Of a DNA stretch of 64,000 nucleotides, positions 9,552 to 20,096 are shown in pieces. Each line of letters opens with the position of its first letter. The stretch's first letter is position 1. A model generated the notes under the pieces. That model did not search any database and had not been told where the DNA came from. It worked only from the letters and a program-made list of their open reading frames with translations. The DNA is taken from positions 64,001-128,000 of the forward strand of contig CAVYNY010000020.1 of the NCBI GenBank assembly GCA_963769935.1, written 5' to 3'. The position numbers were made by a program, and so were the translations under genes. Source of the stretch: an uncultured delta proteobacterium. GTDB lineage: Bacteria > Desulfobacterota > Desulfobacteria > Desulfobacterales > JAFDCJ01.

Positions 9552-10382
9552 ATGTTTAAAGTTGTCAAACGCGAAGAGATGTCCGCGGGCAACGTCATTC
9601 TCAATGAGATCGAAGCCCCAAAGATAGCCCGCAAGGCCAAACCCGGTCAGTTCGTCATTCTGAAAGTGGGCGAAGACGGCGAGCGTATTCCATTAACCAT
9701 GGCGGAGGCGGATGCGGAAAAGGGTACCATAACGGTAATTTATATGGTCGTCGGCAAATCCACCGCCCTGTTTAAAACCCTGCAGGTGGGTGACAGCTTC
9801 CAGGATGTCATCGGGCCGCTGGGCAAACCCACCCACATTGAGAAGCTCGGAAAGATTGTGTGCGTGGGCGGCGGTACGGGAATTGCTGTTTTACATCCCA
9901 TTACGCGGGCCATGAAAGAAATCGGCAACCACGTTATCAGTATTATCGGTGCGCGCAGCAAGGATTTGCTGATATTGGAAGACAAAATGAGGGCCGCCTC
10001 AAATGACCTGCGGGTTTGCACAGACGACGGCTCCTACGGGCACCACGGATTTGTCACCGAGGTGCTGAAAGACATCCTCGAAAACGAGAAAATCGATCAG
10101 GTTGTAGCCATCGGACCGGTGCCGATGATGAAATTTGTGTCCTTAATCACTAAAGAATATAATGTACCGACCCTGGTCAGTTTGAATCCTATCATGGTAG
10201 ATGGCACCGGTATGTGCGGCGGGTGTCGCGTCACTGTGGGGGGCAAAACCAAATTTGCCTGCGTGGACGGTCCTGAATTTGACGGGCACCAGATCGATTA
10301 TGATGAGTTGATGCGCAGGCTCCAGGCCTACTGCGAGGATGAGAAAAAGTGTTATAATGAATTTTGCATTTTGGAGCGCTAG
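9552..10382 (+). CDS. nfnA: Electron-bifurcating transhydrogenase small subunit (NfnA/SudB-like)
   Basis: KPGQFV, ERIPLT, GPLG, GGGTG and DGTGMCGGCR...CVDGPEFD (2Fe-2S) motifs. Confidence 0.9.
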   Translation: MFKVVKREEMSAGNVILNEIEAPKIARKAKPGQFVILKVGEDGERIPLTMAEADAEKGTITVIYMVVGKSTALFKTLQVGDSFQDVIGPLGKPTHIEKLGKIVCVGGGTGIAVLHPITRAMKEIGNHVISIIGARSKDLLILEDKMRAASNDLRVCTDDGSYGHHGFVTEVLKDILENEKIDQVVAIGPVPMMKFVSLITKEYNVPTLVSLNPIMVDGTGMCGGCRVTVGGKTKFACVDGPEFDGHQIDYDELMRRLQAYCEDEKKCYNEFCILER

Positions 10383-10387
10383 CTGAA

Positions 10388-10436
10388 ATTGAATATTGAA
10401 GATTGCATATTGAATATTCAATCGAAAATATTCAAT
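10388..10436. repeat. ATTGAA(N) heptamer inverted-repeat element, copy 2 (between nfnA and nfnB)
   Basis: attgaat-attgaag-attgcat-attgaatattcaat-cgaaaatattcaat. Confidence 0.75.
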
Positions 10437-10531
10437 GGTGGCAGGAAAGTGAAAATATTCCAATGCATTTTACTTGCCATCCAATGCCCAAAATTAACAA
10501 CTAAGAATCAATGTCCCGGGAGAATGAATTA

Positions 10532-11953
10532 ATGACCGAAGAAGACACGAAAAAAACTAAAAAGGAAAAAATTGCCCGAGTTGCGATGCCCGAACAGGAA
10601 CCTGCCGTCAGGGCCCGCAATTTTTTGGAAGTTCCGACGGGTTATACACCGGAAATGGCCAGGCGCGAGGCAGCCAGATGCCTGCAGTGTAAAAAGCCGG
10701 GATGTGCGGAAGGCTGTCCGGTGGGGATCGACATTCCGGGTTTTATCAAACTCATTGCTGAAGGGGAGTTCACCGGGGCCATCCGGCATATCTGGCAGCA
10801 AAACAGTCTTCCGGCTGTTTGCGGGCGGGTTTGTCCCCAGGAAATTCAATGTGAAGGACGCTGCATTGTCGGCAAGAAGGACGATCCGGTTGCCATCGGC
10901 AATCTGGAGCGGTTTGCGGCGGACTGGGAAAGAGCGAACGGCACCGGCGCCCTGCCGCCGAAAGCAGCGCCGACCGGCAAAAGGGTTGCAGTGGTGGGTT
11001 CGGGACCGTCCAGTCTGACCGTTGCCGGCGATTTGATCGTTAAAGGCCATGATGTCTCCGTGTTGGAAGCGTTCCATAAACCCGGCGGTGTGCTGGTATA
11101 CGGAATTCCTGAATTCAGACTGCCCAAAGCCATCGTGGCCCAGGAAGTGAACTTTCTGGAGAGATTGGGTGTAAAGGTGGAGTGCAATGCCGTGGTGGGT
11201 CGCACGGTATCTTTGGATGAGCTTTTCGAAGAAGGCTATGATGCCGTTTACATAGGGGTCGGTGCCGGGTTGCCGCGGTTTATGAATATTCCGGGTGAAA
11301 ATTTAATCGGCATTCTTTCCGCCAACGAGTATCTGACCCGGGCCAATCTGATGAAGGCCTATCTTTTCCCGAAGGTCGATACCCCGATCCCGCGTGCCAA
11401 AAACGTAATCGTGCTGGGTGCCGGAAACGTGGCCATGGATTCGGCCCGGACCGCCATGCGTCTGGGAGCGGAAACAGTACGGATCGTCTACCGCCGTTCC
11501 AGACAGGAAATGCCGGCCAGAACCGCCGAGATCCATCATGCCGAACAAGAAGGAATTGAATTTTTCCTTTTGACCAATCCCACCCGCTACATCGGCAATG
11601 ACAAAGGAAGGTTGACCGGTATGGAATGTCTGAAGATGGAATTGGGTGAGCCCGATCAGTCCGGCCGGCGCCGGCCGGTTCCGATCAAAGGTTCGGAATT
11701 TGAACTGGATTGCGATTTGTGCGTGGTTGCCGTCGGATCGGGAGCAAATCCCCTTCTGACCGCCTCGACACCGGATCTGAAGGTGAACAAATGGGGATAT
11801 ATCGAAGCGGACGAGGCCACCGGCAAAACCTTCAAAAAGGGCGTCTGGGCCGGCGGGGATATTGTGACCGGTGCGGCCACCGTTATTCTGGCCATGGGTG
11901 CCGGCCGCAAGGCGGCGGATTCGATCCATGAGTATTTGATGCGGGGATGGTAA
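10532..11953 (+). CDS. nfnB: Electron-bifurcating transhydrogenase large subunit (NfnB/SudA, GltD-like)
   Basis: RCLQC...C...CP, CGRVCPQE..CE..C, GSGPS, YGIPEFRLP, GAGNVAMD and GGDIVTGAATV motifs; directly follows nfnA. Confidence 0.9.
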   Translation: MTEEDTKKTKKEKIARVAMPEQEPAVRARNFLEVPTGYTPEMARREAARCLQCKKPGCAEGCPVGIDIPGFIKLIAEGEFTGAIRHIWQQNSLPAVCGRVCPQEIQCEGRCIVGKKDDPVAIGNLERFAADWERANGTGALPPKAAPTGKRVAVVGSGPSSLTVAGDLIVKGHDVSVLEAFHKPGGVLVYGIPEFRLPKAIVAQEVNFLERLGVKVECNAVVGRTVSLDELFEEGYDAVYIGVGAGLPRFMNIPGENLIGILSANEYLTRANLMKAYLFPKVDTPIPRAKNVIVLGAGNVAMDSARTAMRLGAETVRIVYRRSRQEMPARTAEIHHAEQEGIEFFLLTNPTRYIGNDKGRLTGMECLKMELGEPDQSGRRRPVPIKGSEFELDCDLCVVAVGSGANPLLTASTPDLKVNKWGYIEADEATGKTFKKGVWAGGDIVTGAATVILAMGAGRKAADSIHEYLMRGW

Positions 11954-12019
11954 AAAATCACACAACAGCAGACAGATGTGATGGAACAAACAACCCAATA
12001 AAGGTTGCAGGATTAAAAT

Positions 12020-12049
12020 GCCGGGCCGATAAAACGTTATCGACCCGGC
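12020..12049 (+). terminator. Stem-loop downstream of nfnB
   Basis: gccggg-c-cgataa / ttatcg-a-cccggc; no clear U-tract. Confidence 0.5.
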
Positions 12050-12250
12050 GAAGCTTCTAGAATTGAAAACCTGGTCCTCTGGGCCAGGATTCTCTTTACT
12101 ATTTTACTGGTGATCCCGCTTAATTCCCTTCTGCCCTGTTAATTAAAAGGAATCCTATATTTGTGTGGCCCAGCGGTCGGCGTGCAGATTTCGCAGCGAC
12201 CCAAATTCTGAAAATGCAATATACGGACTATTTTAGAGTAGGAGTTAATT

Positions 12251-12517
12251 ATGGCTGGTGGTTGGACCCGTGATGGTGGTGTGCAGGATCAAATCGAGGC
12301 CAGTGTGGAAGACGCAGTAAAGCTGGCTAGAAGTCGGTTGCCTGCTGGTGAAGGTTCAACTCATTGTGAGGAATGCGAGACTGTTATTCCAGACGCTCGT
12401 CGCAAAGCAATCCCCGGAGTTCGTTTATGCGTCAGCTGCCAGGCAGAACTGGAAAAACGGCAAACAACTCCCACTGGCTTCAATCGGCGCGGCAGCAAAG
12501 ATAGTCAGTTGCGGTGA
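12251..12517 (+). CDS. DksA/TraR-family C4 zinc-finger protein (YbiI-like)
   Basis: MAGGWTRDGGVQDQI...CEEC...IPDARRKAIPGVRLCVSCQ...NRRGSKDSQLR. Confidence 0.92.
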   Translation: MAGGWTRDGGVQDQIEASVEDAVKLARSRLPAGEGSTHCEECETVIPDARRKAIPGVRLCVSCQAELEKRQTTPTGFNRRGSKDSQLR

Positions 12518-12604
12518 GCAGTTGTTTTTGATTCAGTGATTTTATCTAAACCCGGATTTTTTGCCACTAAGGGCTCTAATTCGTAACTACGGTCAGGTGT
12601 AGTT

Positions 12605-13195
12605 TTAGTTTATTCCTGTGCGCGCTGCCCTCTGCGCTTTGTCCTCTGCCTCAAACATTTCCACCCACTTTTGAAATCGCTCCACTTTATCCTGTCCGTA
12701 AGGTTGAAGGCTTTCTGCAATCTGTTCGATGGATTTTGTACCGTTTTTCATTTGATCTTTGCCGTTTTTGGAGAAAAATTTGTCGGCATAACAAATGATC
12801 TGCTCTTCAATGGAAACGGGCAGCATGTCCCGCTCAGGCAGCGGCAAATTGAAGTGTTTGATGTCATCGAGGCTGATGCCCACTCCTACGTGGCGCTCGC
12901 ATACAAGTCCGTATTCCGGCAACCCGATGCCATCCAATAATTCTTTTCCCAGAAAGCCGTGGCAGATATACGGATATTTTCCATGGCAGCCAAAACCCGG
13001 ACTTTCCGTACACAAAATCCCAATGTCATGCAGCATCGCGGCATTTTCTATAAAATTCAAATCCGGCTGCAGCTGGACGACCTTCTCGGCTGCACACAGA
13101 GCCTTTTGGGCTACCTGCCGGCCATGGGCCACCAGGATCTCGAATGCTTTCGAGCGCCGATCGTAGAATTTTTCAAGAATATCAAGAGGGTTCAT
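12605..13195 (-). CDS. HD-domain (HDIG) phosphohydrolase
   Basis: H...LHDIG...HG...RH...YADKF motifs. Confidence 0.88.
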   Translation of the reverse strand: MNPLDILEKFYDRRSKAFEILVAHGRQVAQKALCAAEKVVQLQPDLNFIENAAMLHDIGILCTESPGFGCHGKYPYICHGFLGKELLDGIGLPEYGLVCERHVGVGISLDDIKHFNLPLPERDMLPVSIEEQIICYADKFFSKNGKDQMKNGTKSIEQIAESLQPYGQDKVERFQKWVEMFEAEDKAQRAARTGIN

Positions 13196-13221
13196 AAATA
13201 TTTTTCTTCGAAAAATATATA

Positions 13222-14329
13222 CTATTTTCTAACCTGCTTCTTTGCCAGCAGCACCCCTTCAATAAACGGATCGATGCCGCCATCCAGCACGTCGTTAACA
13301 TTGCCCACATCCAGGTTAATGCGGTGATCCTTTACCATCTGGTAGGGATGCAGGACGTATGAGCGGATCTGGCTGCCCCAGGCAATATCCTCCTTGCTGT
13401 CGTGGAGCTGCTGCATCTTTTCATCCTGTTTTTCCCGTTCGCGCTGGTATAGGCGGGCTCTGAGAACTTTCATAGCCAGATCCTTGTTGCGATGTTGAGA
13501 TTTTTCCTGCTGGCATTGCACCACAATTCCGGTCGGCAGATGGGTGATGCGCACCGCACTGCTGGTTTTGTTGACATGCTGTCCCCCCGCACCGCTGGCC
13601 CTGAAAACATCAATACGCAGATCTTTTTCATCTATGTCGACAACGATTTCGTTGTCCAGTTCAGGGTAGACAAAGACCGATGCAAAGGACGTATGCCGCT
13701 TACCGCTGGCGTTAAAAGGGGATATCCTTACCAGACGGTGGACGCCGATTTCCGATTTAAGATAGCCGAATGCATTTTCACCTGCGGCCGTAAATGTAGC
13801 GCTTTTGATCCCTGCTTCATCGCCCGGCTGAAAATCGATTAATTCAAATTTGAATCCCCTGCGCTCGATCCAACGCGCATACATTCTGAAAAGCATTTCA
13901 GCCCAATCCTGGGCTTCCGTGCCGCCGGCGCCGGCATTGATCGATACAATGGCATTTTTGGAATCATCTTCTCCGTCCAACATCAGATCGAGAGACAGCT
14001 GATCGATCAGCTCGTCAAGTGCATTTGCCTGTTGGGAGACTTCGTCAAGGGTGCCGGCATCGGATTCCTCCAGGGCCAGATCCAGCAGAATCCGGCTTTC
14101 CTCCAGGTCGTTCCACAGTTTCTTAAAGCGGTTGATTTTATGGGAAATTAAGCTTCTTTCTTGGAGAATCGATTTGGAATCTTCAGGATTGTCCCAGAAG
14201 CCGTTCCTGGCAATTGTGGCTTCAATTTCAGCCAGGCGTTTTTCCAGGCCATCTAAGTCAAAGATAGCTCCGCAGGTGTTCTAATTTTAATTTAAGCTCA
14301 TTTAAATTTTGCTTTAATTCTATCGACAT
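13222..14329 (-). CDS. prfB: Peptide chain release factor 2, with programmed +1 frameshift
   Basis: ATG 14329 gives MSIELKQNLNELKLKLEHLRSYL then CTT TGA C (14263-14257). The +1 frame continues DLDGLEKRL...FWDNP in frame with the 13222-13983 ORF, which has SPF and GGQ motifs. Confidence 0.97.
14257..14272 (-). promoter_or_regulatory. prfB autoregulatory frameshift site
   Basis: CGGAGC TAT CTT TGA C: internal SD-like GGAG followed by the slippery CTT-TGA-C. Confidence 0.93.
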
Positions 14330-14346
14330 TTTAAATTCCCCCTTTT

Positions 14347-14432
14347 ATTGATTGAATATTTACGATTGAAGATTGAATATAATAGGATAGAATACCCTGA
14401 ATATTCAATAGACATTCTTCAATATTCAATTT
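14347..14432. repeat. ATTGAA(N) heptamer inverted-repeat element, copy 3 (between lnt and prfB)
   Basis: attgattgaatatttacgattgaagattgaat...aatattcaatagacattcttcaatattcaat. Confidence 0.75.
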
Positions 14433-14437
14433 TTGGT

Positions 14438-16002
14438 TCAACTCTTTCTTTTATTGGTTTTCCATCTTACAATTTCAATCAGCATGATCAATACCGCGAG
14501 CGCCAGGCAAACCTTGGCGAACAGGTCGCCGATGCGGGTATAGACGGATAGTTCTTTCATCAGCGGGACCGTTTTTATGGCCGCGGCTTCCTGCAGCAAT
14601 TCTGTGGATGCCAATACTCGGCCGACCGGGTCGATAAATCCGCTGATGCCGGTATTGGCCGACCTTACCAGGGCACGCCGGTTTTCCACCGCCCGGAAGA
14701 CGGTCATGGAAAAATGCTGATAGGGACCGCTGGTTTTGCCGAACCAGGCATCGTTGGTTATATTGATCAGTAAAGTTGCGCCGTTTCGGACCATGGCCCG
14801 GGAAAGCCAGGGGAATATGATTTCATAGCAAATTTGAATGCCTAGCTGCTGATCCCGCCAGGCTAACGTCCGGCCTTTCTTGCCCTCTCGGAAATCGCCG
14901 ACCTGTGCGACAATTTTTCCCAAAAATGGCAGCCATTTTTTAAACGGTACGTATTCGCCGAAAGGTACCAGATGGGTCTTGTCATATTTGACCATCGTTT
15001 TTGCTGTAGGGCTTATTAAGTAGGCGCTGTTGTAATATTCCACGCTGTTGGCGGTACGCACAAAAGAAGGACTGCCGATCAAATAGTCCGTCTTCGTCTG
15101 CTCAATGCCCTTAAACACCAGTTCGGTAGGCTTAATATCGTATAAAAAGTAAAATGGTGTCGCGGATTCCGGCCAGACAATAAGATCGGGCTTTTGTTGG
15201 CTGAGCGATGCAGACAGGCGATTGTATTTTTTAACAGTTGCAATTTGAAAGGCGGGATCCCACTTTACCAGCTGATCGACATTGCCCTGTATAACGGCGA
15301 TGCGGGCTTTGGGAGCCGCTGCAATCCAAGCATCGATATCTTGCATACGCCAGTGGCCGTATGACAAGGTTAAAGCAATGCCTACGAACACGGCAATGAT
15401 TGAAGCTGCTGCCAGCCGTTTTGATATCGCTGTGTTTTGCCATCTCCTTGCGGTGAAATATAGCAAGGCGATAAAAATGGCGCCATTGATCCCGGAAATT
15501 AAAGCCGAAAGGCCGTACACGCCGAATATATCCGAAATCTGTATGAGTTGTAAACGGTTATACTGGGAATAGCCCAATAATTCCCATGGAAATCCGGAAA
15601 ATAATAGAGAACGGATAAATTCCAACGAGACCCACAGCAGGGGTATCAATGGCAGGCACCGGGCAGGGTTTTGGCCAAGGACGGTTAAAGCTGCGGCAAA
15701 TACTGCGATAAAGAGCGCCAGAAATGCCGCAAGGACAAATAAAACCGATACACTTAAATAGGCCGGCAAATACCCGTAGGTCCGCATGACGGGAACCAGC
15801 CAATAAAGCAGCGAAAGAAAATGCACCAGCCCGGTGATGAAACCCGACGCGAAAGCCGCGGCCGGCGGGAAAGATCTTTGAGCGCATATAGAAGGGGGAC
15901 CAGTGCGACCCAGGCCAGCCAGTCCCATCCAATTTTGGGAAATGCGCAGGTCAGCAGCACGCCGCTTGCAATCGCCAACACAATATTTTTCTTTTCAGTC
16001 AT
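14438..16002 (-). CDS. lnt: Apolipoprotein N-acyltransferase; two apparent +1 insertions near the 5' end
   Basis: Catalytic WPES, YDKTHLVPFGE and ICYE; also GFPW and NITNDAWFG. The N-terminus MTEKKNIVLA...LKDL is in another frame. Removing one base from each of the A-runs at 15870-72 and 15840-42 gives KDLPAGRGFRVGFITGLVHF. Confidence 0.92.
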
Positions 16003-16249
16003 CAACTTGGACTGGACCTCACAAAAAAACCCCGATCCGGCGGGGTCAACGCTAATTTAATATGAGATTGCATTAAATGCAATAGGTTATATGAGAATTT
16101 ATGTTAAAGTTTGGATAACAAAGGGCGATAAAAACATGTGGCTTAGATTTCAAAATTAAACTAATATGTTATCAGTATGAAAGAACCGAATCCGGCATTT
16201 AAACGGCGAGTATCCAGCATCCAGTCGCCGGCAAAGGGAGATTGATCGC

Positions 16250-17830
16250 ATGCTCATAACATTTTACGGCGCAGTTCGGGAAGTAACCGGTTCCATGCAT
16301 CTTGTAACCACGCAGCACAACCGTATTCTGCTGGATTGCGGGATGTTTCAGGGACGACGCCGGGAGGCGGTTGAAAAAAACAGGGTCATGCCGATTGATC
16401 CGCGAATATTGACCAATGTGGTCCTGTCCCACGCCCACATCGACCATTCCGGCCGTCTGCCCTTATTGGTCAAGCAAAATTTTACCGGAAGAATTATTTG
16501 CACCCGGTCGACAGCGGCGGCCTGTGAATACCTGTTGCCGGATGCCGCCCACATCCAGGAGTCGGATGCCAATTACCTGAATTATAAAACCGTGCGTTCC
16601 GCCCTGTCGCAGATGAAATTTTCACCACATGCCAGGAAGCGCTCCAAAAAAGGGGCGGCCGACCTTAAAAAGATTTTGAAAAAAAACGGTCATGGTCTCA
16701 ATGTTGAAGCCATCAACGACCTGATCGCCGCCTACCGCCTGGAAAGCGTCAACGCGCTGTATACCGTTGACGATGCCCGGCAGGCCGTGACATGTTTTGA
16801 CGGCTATCCCTACCGGCATCCGATTACCGTCGGGCGCGAGATGACCTGCCGGTTGTATGATGCCGGACATATACTGGGCTCGGCTTTCACCATGATCCGT
16901 GCCCGCGATAACGGCCGCAGTTTTACCATCTGCTATACCGGCGACATCGGAAGATTTGACAAACCGATTATAAAAGATCCGACCCTCGTCTTTGAGGAGG
17001 AGGACCGCGAGGTCGATTTGCTGATCATGGAGAGCACCTATGGAGACCGGGTTCATGAACCGGTGGCGGATCTGAAACCGCAGCTCAAACAGGTGCTGGT
17101 GGATACCTATGACCGGGGAGGAGCACTTCTCATACCTTCATTTGCCTTCGGCCGCACCCAGGAACTTCTGTACGTGCTGCACGAACTTTACAATGAGAAC
17201 GAGGTCCCCCGATTCCCGGTGTATGTTGACAGTCCGCTGGCTTCAAATATCACACGGGTTTTCGCGGAGCATCCCGAAGTCTATGACAAAGCCACTCATG
17301 AAACATTTCTCAAGCAGGGCGAAAACCCGTTTCAGTTCGATCAGGTTCGTTTTGTCGGATCGGTAGAGGAGTCCATGGCACTTAACCGGGATAAAACGCC
17401 CCATATTGTGGTGGCGGCATCGGGCATGTGTGAGGCCGGCCGTATTCTTCATCACCTGCGGCATAAAATCCATAATTCGAACAATACCATTCTGATCGTC
17501 GGTTATATGGCACAACACACGCTGGGACGTCGCATTCTCGAGCAGGGTCTTGCCTATCAGGCATCCGGCCGCCAAGGAAACCCCCCGCTGTTGAAATTCA
17601 TGAACAAAGAGTATCCGCTCAAGGCGCGGGTGATTCAGTTGGGCGGCTTCAGCGCGCATGCCGATAAGATTGAAATGCGCCGGTTCTTGAAGGAATCTAA
17701 TTTGAGAATCAAAAGGATCGCCCTGGTCCACGGTGAAGAAGACCAGACCCTTGCCTTTGCCGAAGACTTGAAGAGCAGCGGTTTTGAAGTCGCCGTGCCC
17801 AGACTGGGAGAGACAATAGAAGTTAATTAA
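16250..17830 (+). CDS. MBL-fold beta-CASP ribonuclease-family protein
   Basis: GAVREVTGS, LSHAHIDHSG, AGHILGS, TGDIG, MESTYG, ASGMCEAGR, FSAHAD and LVHGE motifs. Confidence 0.93.
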   Translation: MLITFYGAVREVTGSMHLVTTQHNRILLDCGMFQGRRREAVEKNRVMPIDPRILTNVVLSHAHIDHSGRLPLLVKQNFTGRIICTRSTAAACEYLLPDAAHIQESDANYLNYKTVRSALSQMKFSPHARKRSKKGAADLKKILKKNGHGLNVEAINDLIAAYRLESVNALYTVDDARQAVTCFDGYPYRHPITVGREMTCRLYDAGHILGSAFTMIRARDNGRSFTICYTGDIGRFDKPIIKDPTLVFEEEDREVDLLIMESTYGDRVHEPVADLKPQLKQVLVDTYDRGGALLIPSFAFGRTQELLYVLHELYNENEVPRFPVYVDSPLASNITRVFAEHPEVYDKATHETFLKQGENPFQFDQVRFVGSVEESMALNRDKTPHIVVAASGMCEAGRILHHLRHKIHNSNNTILIVGYMAQHTLGRRILEQGLAYQASGRQGNPPLLKFMNKEYPLKARVIQLGGFSAHADKIEMRRFLKESNLRIKRIALVHGEEDQTLAFAEDLKSSGFEVAVPRLGETIEVN

Positions 17831-17913
17831 TCCGCCGGGCCGTGGATTTAACAACTTTCTTCAGTTGTCAAAGCGCACATTAGAAACCTGAATGGTCAAT
17901 TTTTCAGGGTGGA

Positions 17914-19569
17914 TTAATTAGGGAATCCCAGCGAATTAATAAATGTTTCCTGAAAAGCAGGATGACTTGAAAGATCCAGCACCCGGGTGATCCGGGTCAG
18001 CTCAGCGGCCCGGGTTGATGCGTTTTCGTCAAAAAGCGCCAGGATTGCGCCTGCTCCGGCCGCATTGCCCACCACTTCAATCCTAGTTGCGGAAATTTCA
18101 GGAAACATCCCGATTTTTATGGCATCTTCTTTATTAATATAGCTGCCGAATGCGCCGGCTACCAGTATTTTTGCCGGGTCCGTCGTACCCGCTTCCCGGC
18201 ACAGCAAATCAATTCCGGTTCTCAGCGCACCTTTTGCCAGCTGGATAGCGCGTACGTCTTTTTGAGTGAATGTAATCGGACGCCCCTCTTGGGTGTCTTC
18301 AGGCGGCACCAGAACATATTCCGGAGAATCGTTGTCATTCAGCCGCAGGTTGGGTGTGTCGGCCTTGCGGTCGAAGGCACCGTCCTTTAAAATGAATCCG
18401 GCCCGATAAAGTTCGGCAACCGTACTGATCACACCGGTACCGCACAGGCCGGAGGCTTTTTTAGGTTTTGCCGGATTGTATTGAATTATCGAACAATCCG
18501 CTTTCCCGCTGGAGCGGTCGATTTTGACGGCGTCGATCGCACCCGACACGGCCTGCATGCCATGGCTGATGCAAGCGCCTTCGAAGGCCGGTCCTGTAGC
18601 ACATGACGTCGCCGACAAACCGTTGCGGCCCAGAAACATAATTTCGCCGTTGGTACCGACATCCACCAGCATGGTGCCCGGCTCGCAATGGGATAACTCA
18701 ACGGCCAAAGCGGCGCTCACAATATCCGCACCGATAAAACCGGTGATCAACGGCAGGGTTCGGATTTGGCAATCCGGATTGAAGCGAAGGCCGACCGATC
18801 CGGCAGGCAGGGTTTTGGCTTCCAAAAATACCGGCGTGTATGGAAACACCCCGATTGATGACGGATTTTCACCGCTAAAAATATGAATCATGGTGGAATT
18901 GCCGACGACCACCATCGTGCTGATTTTCACCGGATCGATTCTGGTTGACCGGCAAAGGTTTTTGATTCCCCATTCGATTGCGCTGACCGCCATTTTTTGT
19001 TGACGCGCCAGCAGACCCGGATCCAGACGAATCGCACTGATGCGGCTCATGACATCGTCGCCGAACAGGGTCTGGGGATTGCGGGTCGAAGTGGACGCCG
19101 TCACCTGGGCGGTGCCCAAGTCGCAAAGATAGACCGCAATCGTAGTGGTTCCCAGGTCGACCGCCAGGCCGTAGGCGCCGGGGATAGCGGTCCGCCGTGA
19201 TTTAAGTTCGGCCAATTTATCAAATAGCGTCGGAAGCCCTTTTTGGGCCACTTCAGGGCTGAGTCGGCTGGTTGTGAGTATTTTCAGGCTGATATCACCT
19301 GAAACTCTGATCCTGCAGGCCAGGCGCATGCCGGCCGACAATTCAGATCGCCCGAGGATTTTTTTTTCCGATTCGTCCGGCGCCGGGTCACTGTCTGTTG
19401 GAGATGAGAGAATTTTAATTCGGCACTTACCGCAGCTGCCCTTTCCGCCGCAGTCCGTCCGCAGAAAAATTCCCGCAGCGATCAGAGCCTCTAATACGGT
19501 TTGACCTGCTTCAGCTGGGATTTCAAGATTTTCAGATGCCAGTTTAATCGTATATTTGCCGGGTTGCAT
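17914..19569 (-). CDS. ATP-dependent reductive activator of corrinoid proteins (RACo/AcsV-like; 2Fe-2S + ASKHA)
   Basis: N-terminal CGGKGSCGKC...RLAC; DLGTTT, NPQ..FG.DVMSRI, DVGTNGE, GPAFEG, GLCGTG, DVRAIQLAKGA and AGAFG motifs. Confidence 0.9.
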   Translation of the reverse strand: MQPGKYTIKLASENLEIPAEAGQTVLEALIAAGIFLRTDCGGKGSCGKCRIKILSSPTDSDPAPDESEKKILGRSELSAGMRLACRIRVSGDISLKILTTSRLSPEVAQKGLPTLFDKLAELKSRRTAIPGAYGLAVDLGTTTIAVYLCDLGTAQVTASTSTRNPQTLFGDDVMSRISAIRLDPGLLARQQKMAVSAIEWGIKNLCRSTRIDPVKISTMVVVGNSTMIHIFSGENPSSIGVFPYTPVFLEAKTLPAGSVGLRFNPDCQIRTLPLITGFIGADIVSAALAVELSHCEPGTMLVDVGTNGEIMFLGRNGLSATSCATGPAFEGACISHGMQAVSGAIDAVKIDRSSGKADCSIIQYNPAKPKKASGLCGTGVISTVAELYRAGFILKDGAFDRKADTPNLRLNDNDSPEYVLVPPEDTQEGRPITFTQKDVRAIQLAKGALRTGIDLLCREAGTTDPAKILVAGAFGSYINKEDAIKIGMFPEISATRIEVVGNAAGAGAILALFDENASTRAAELTRITRVLDLSSHPAFQETFINSLGFPN

Positions 19570-19729
19570 AGTAAAATACCATCATTTCAAAAAATTAAAT
19601 CTATCTATCGCACATGTAAGAAACCAAGTCAAAAAATAAAGCCTTAATTTCAATCCTGTTGCATCCTTAATTCATTTAGACAAGTAGTTGGCTGATGTAA
19701 TGAATTTTACCGGCTTAGTGAAATCATTA

Positions 19730-19967
19730 AAATACCAAGCACCAAATTTGTAAATCCCAAAACACAAAACACAAATATCAAACAAATCCCAATGACCCAA
19801 ATTCAAAATTCCAAACAAATGATCCGCCTCCAGTTATGCTCAATGCCATCATCACAGGTAGACCTGGGTTTGTGAAGCGAATCGATACCACGGTGGTAAC
19901 TGTTTTGGTCATTGAATATTGAAATTTGTTATTTATTTGTAATTTGGTGCTTGAGATTTGTGATTTT
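19730..19967. repeat. ~240 bp element with a CAAA-rich left arm and a TTTG-rich right arm (imperfect inverted repeat)
   Basis: Left arm caagcaccaaattt...caaatcccaatgacccaaattcaaaattccaaac; right arm ggtcattgaatattgaaatttg...ttggtgcttgagatttg matches 3081-3141. Confidence 0.8.
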
Positions 19968-20096
19968 ACCATTCGTTAGGTTCCTCTGATTCAAGTTGTA
20001 TAGGAGTTACTTTCGCACTACCGTGTATCCTGTTGATATTATCTTGATATTTGAATGTGAAAAAGTGTAAATCCTTCTTAATCTTTACCAGAGGGG

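Noticed and set aside
10532..11953. Glutamate synthase small subunit (gltD)
   Set aside because: No gltB nearby; pairing with an NfnA/SudB-type gene favours NfnB.
13222..14329. prfB as a pseudogene or sequencing error
   Set aside because: The break is exactly the canonical CTT-TGA-C recoding site.
16250..17830. beta-CASP nuclease, MoxR/VWA pair or SLOG protein as an anti-phage system
   Set aside because: Each belongs to a widespread housekeeping-type family and sits among metabolic genes, with no defence-island context.
19778..19972. 64-aa ORF MVKSQISSTKLQ...
   Set aside because: Translation of the repeat element; no independent coding evidence. ORFs 14348-14551, 22496-22738 and 30419-30658 are rejected for the same reason.
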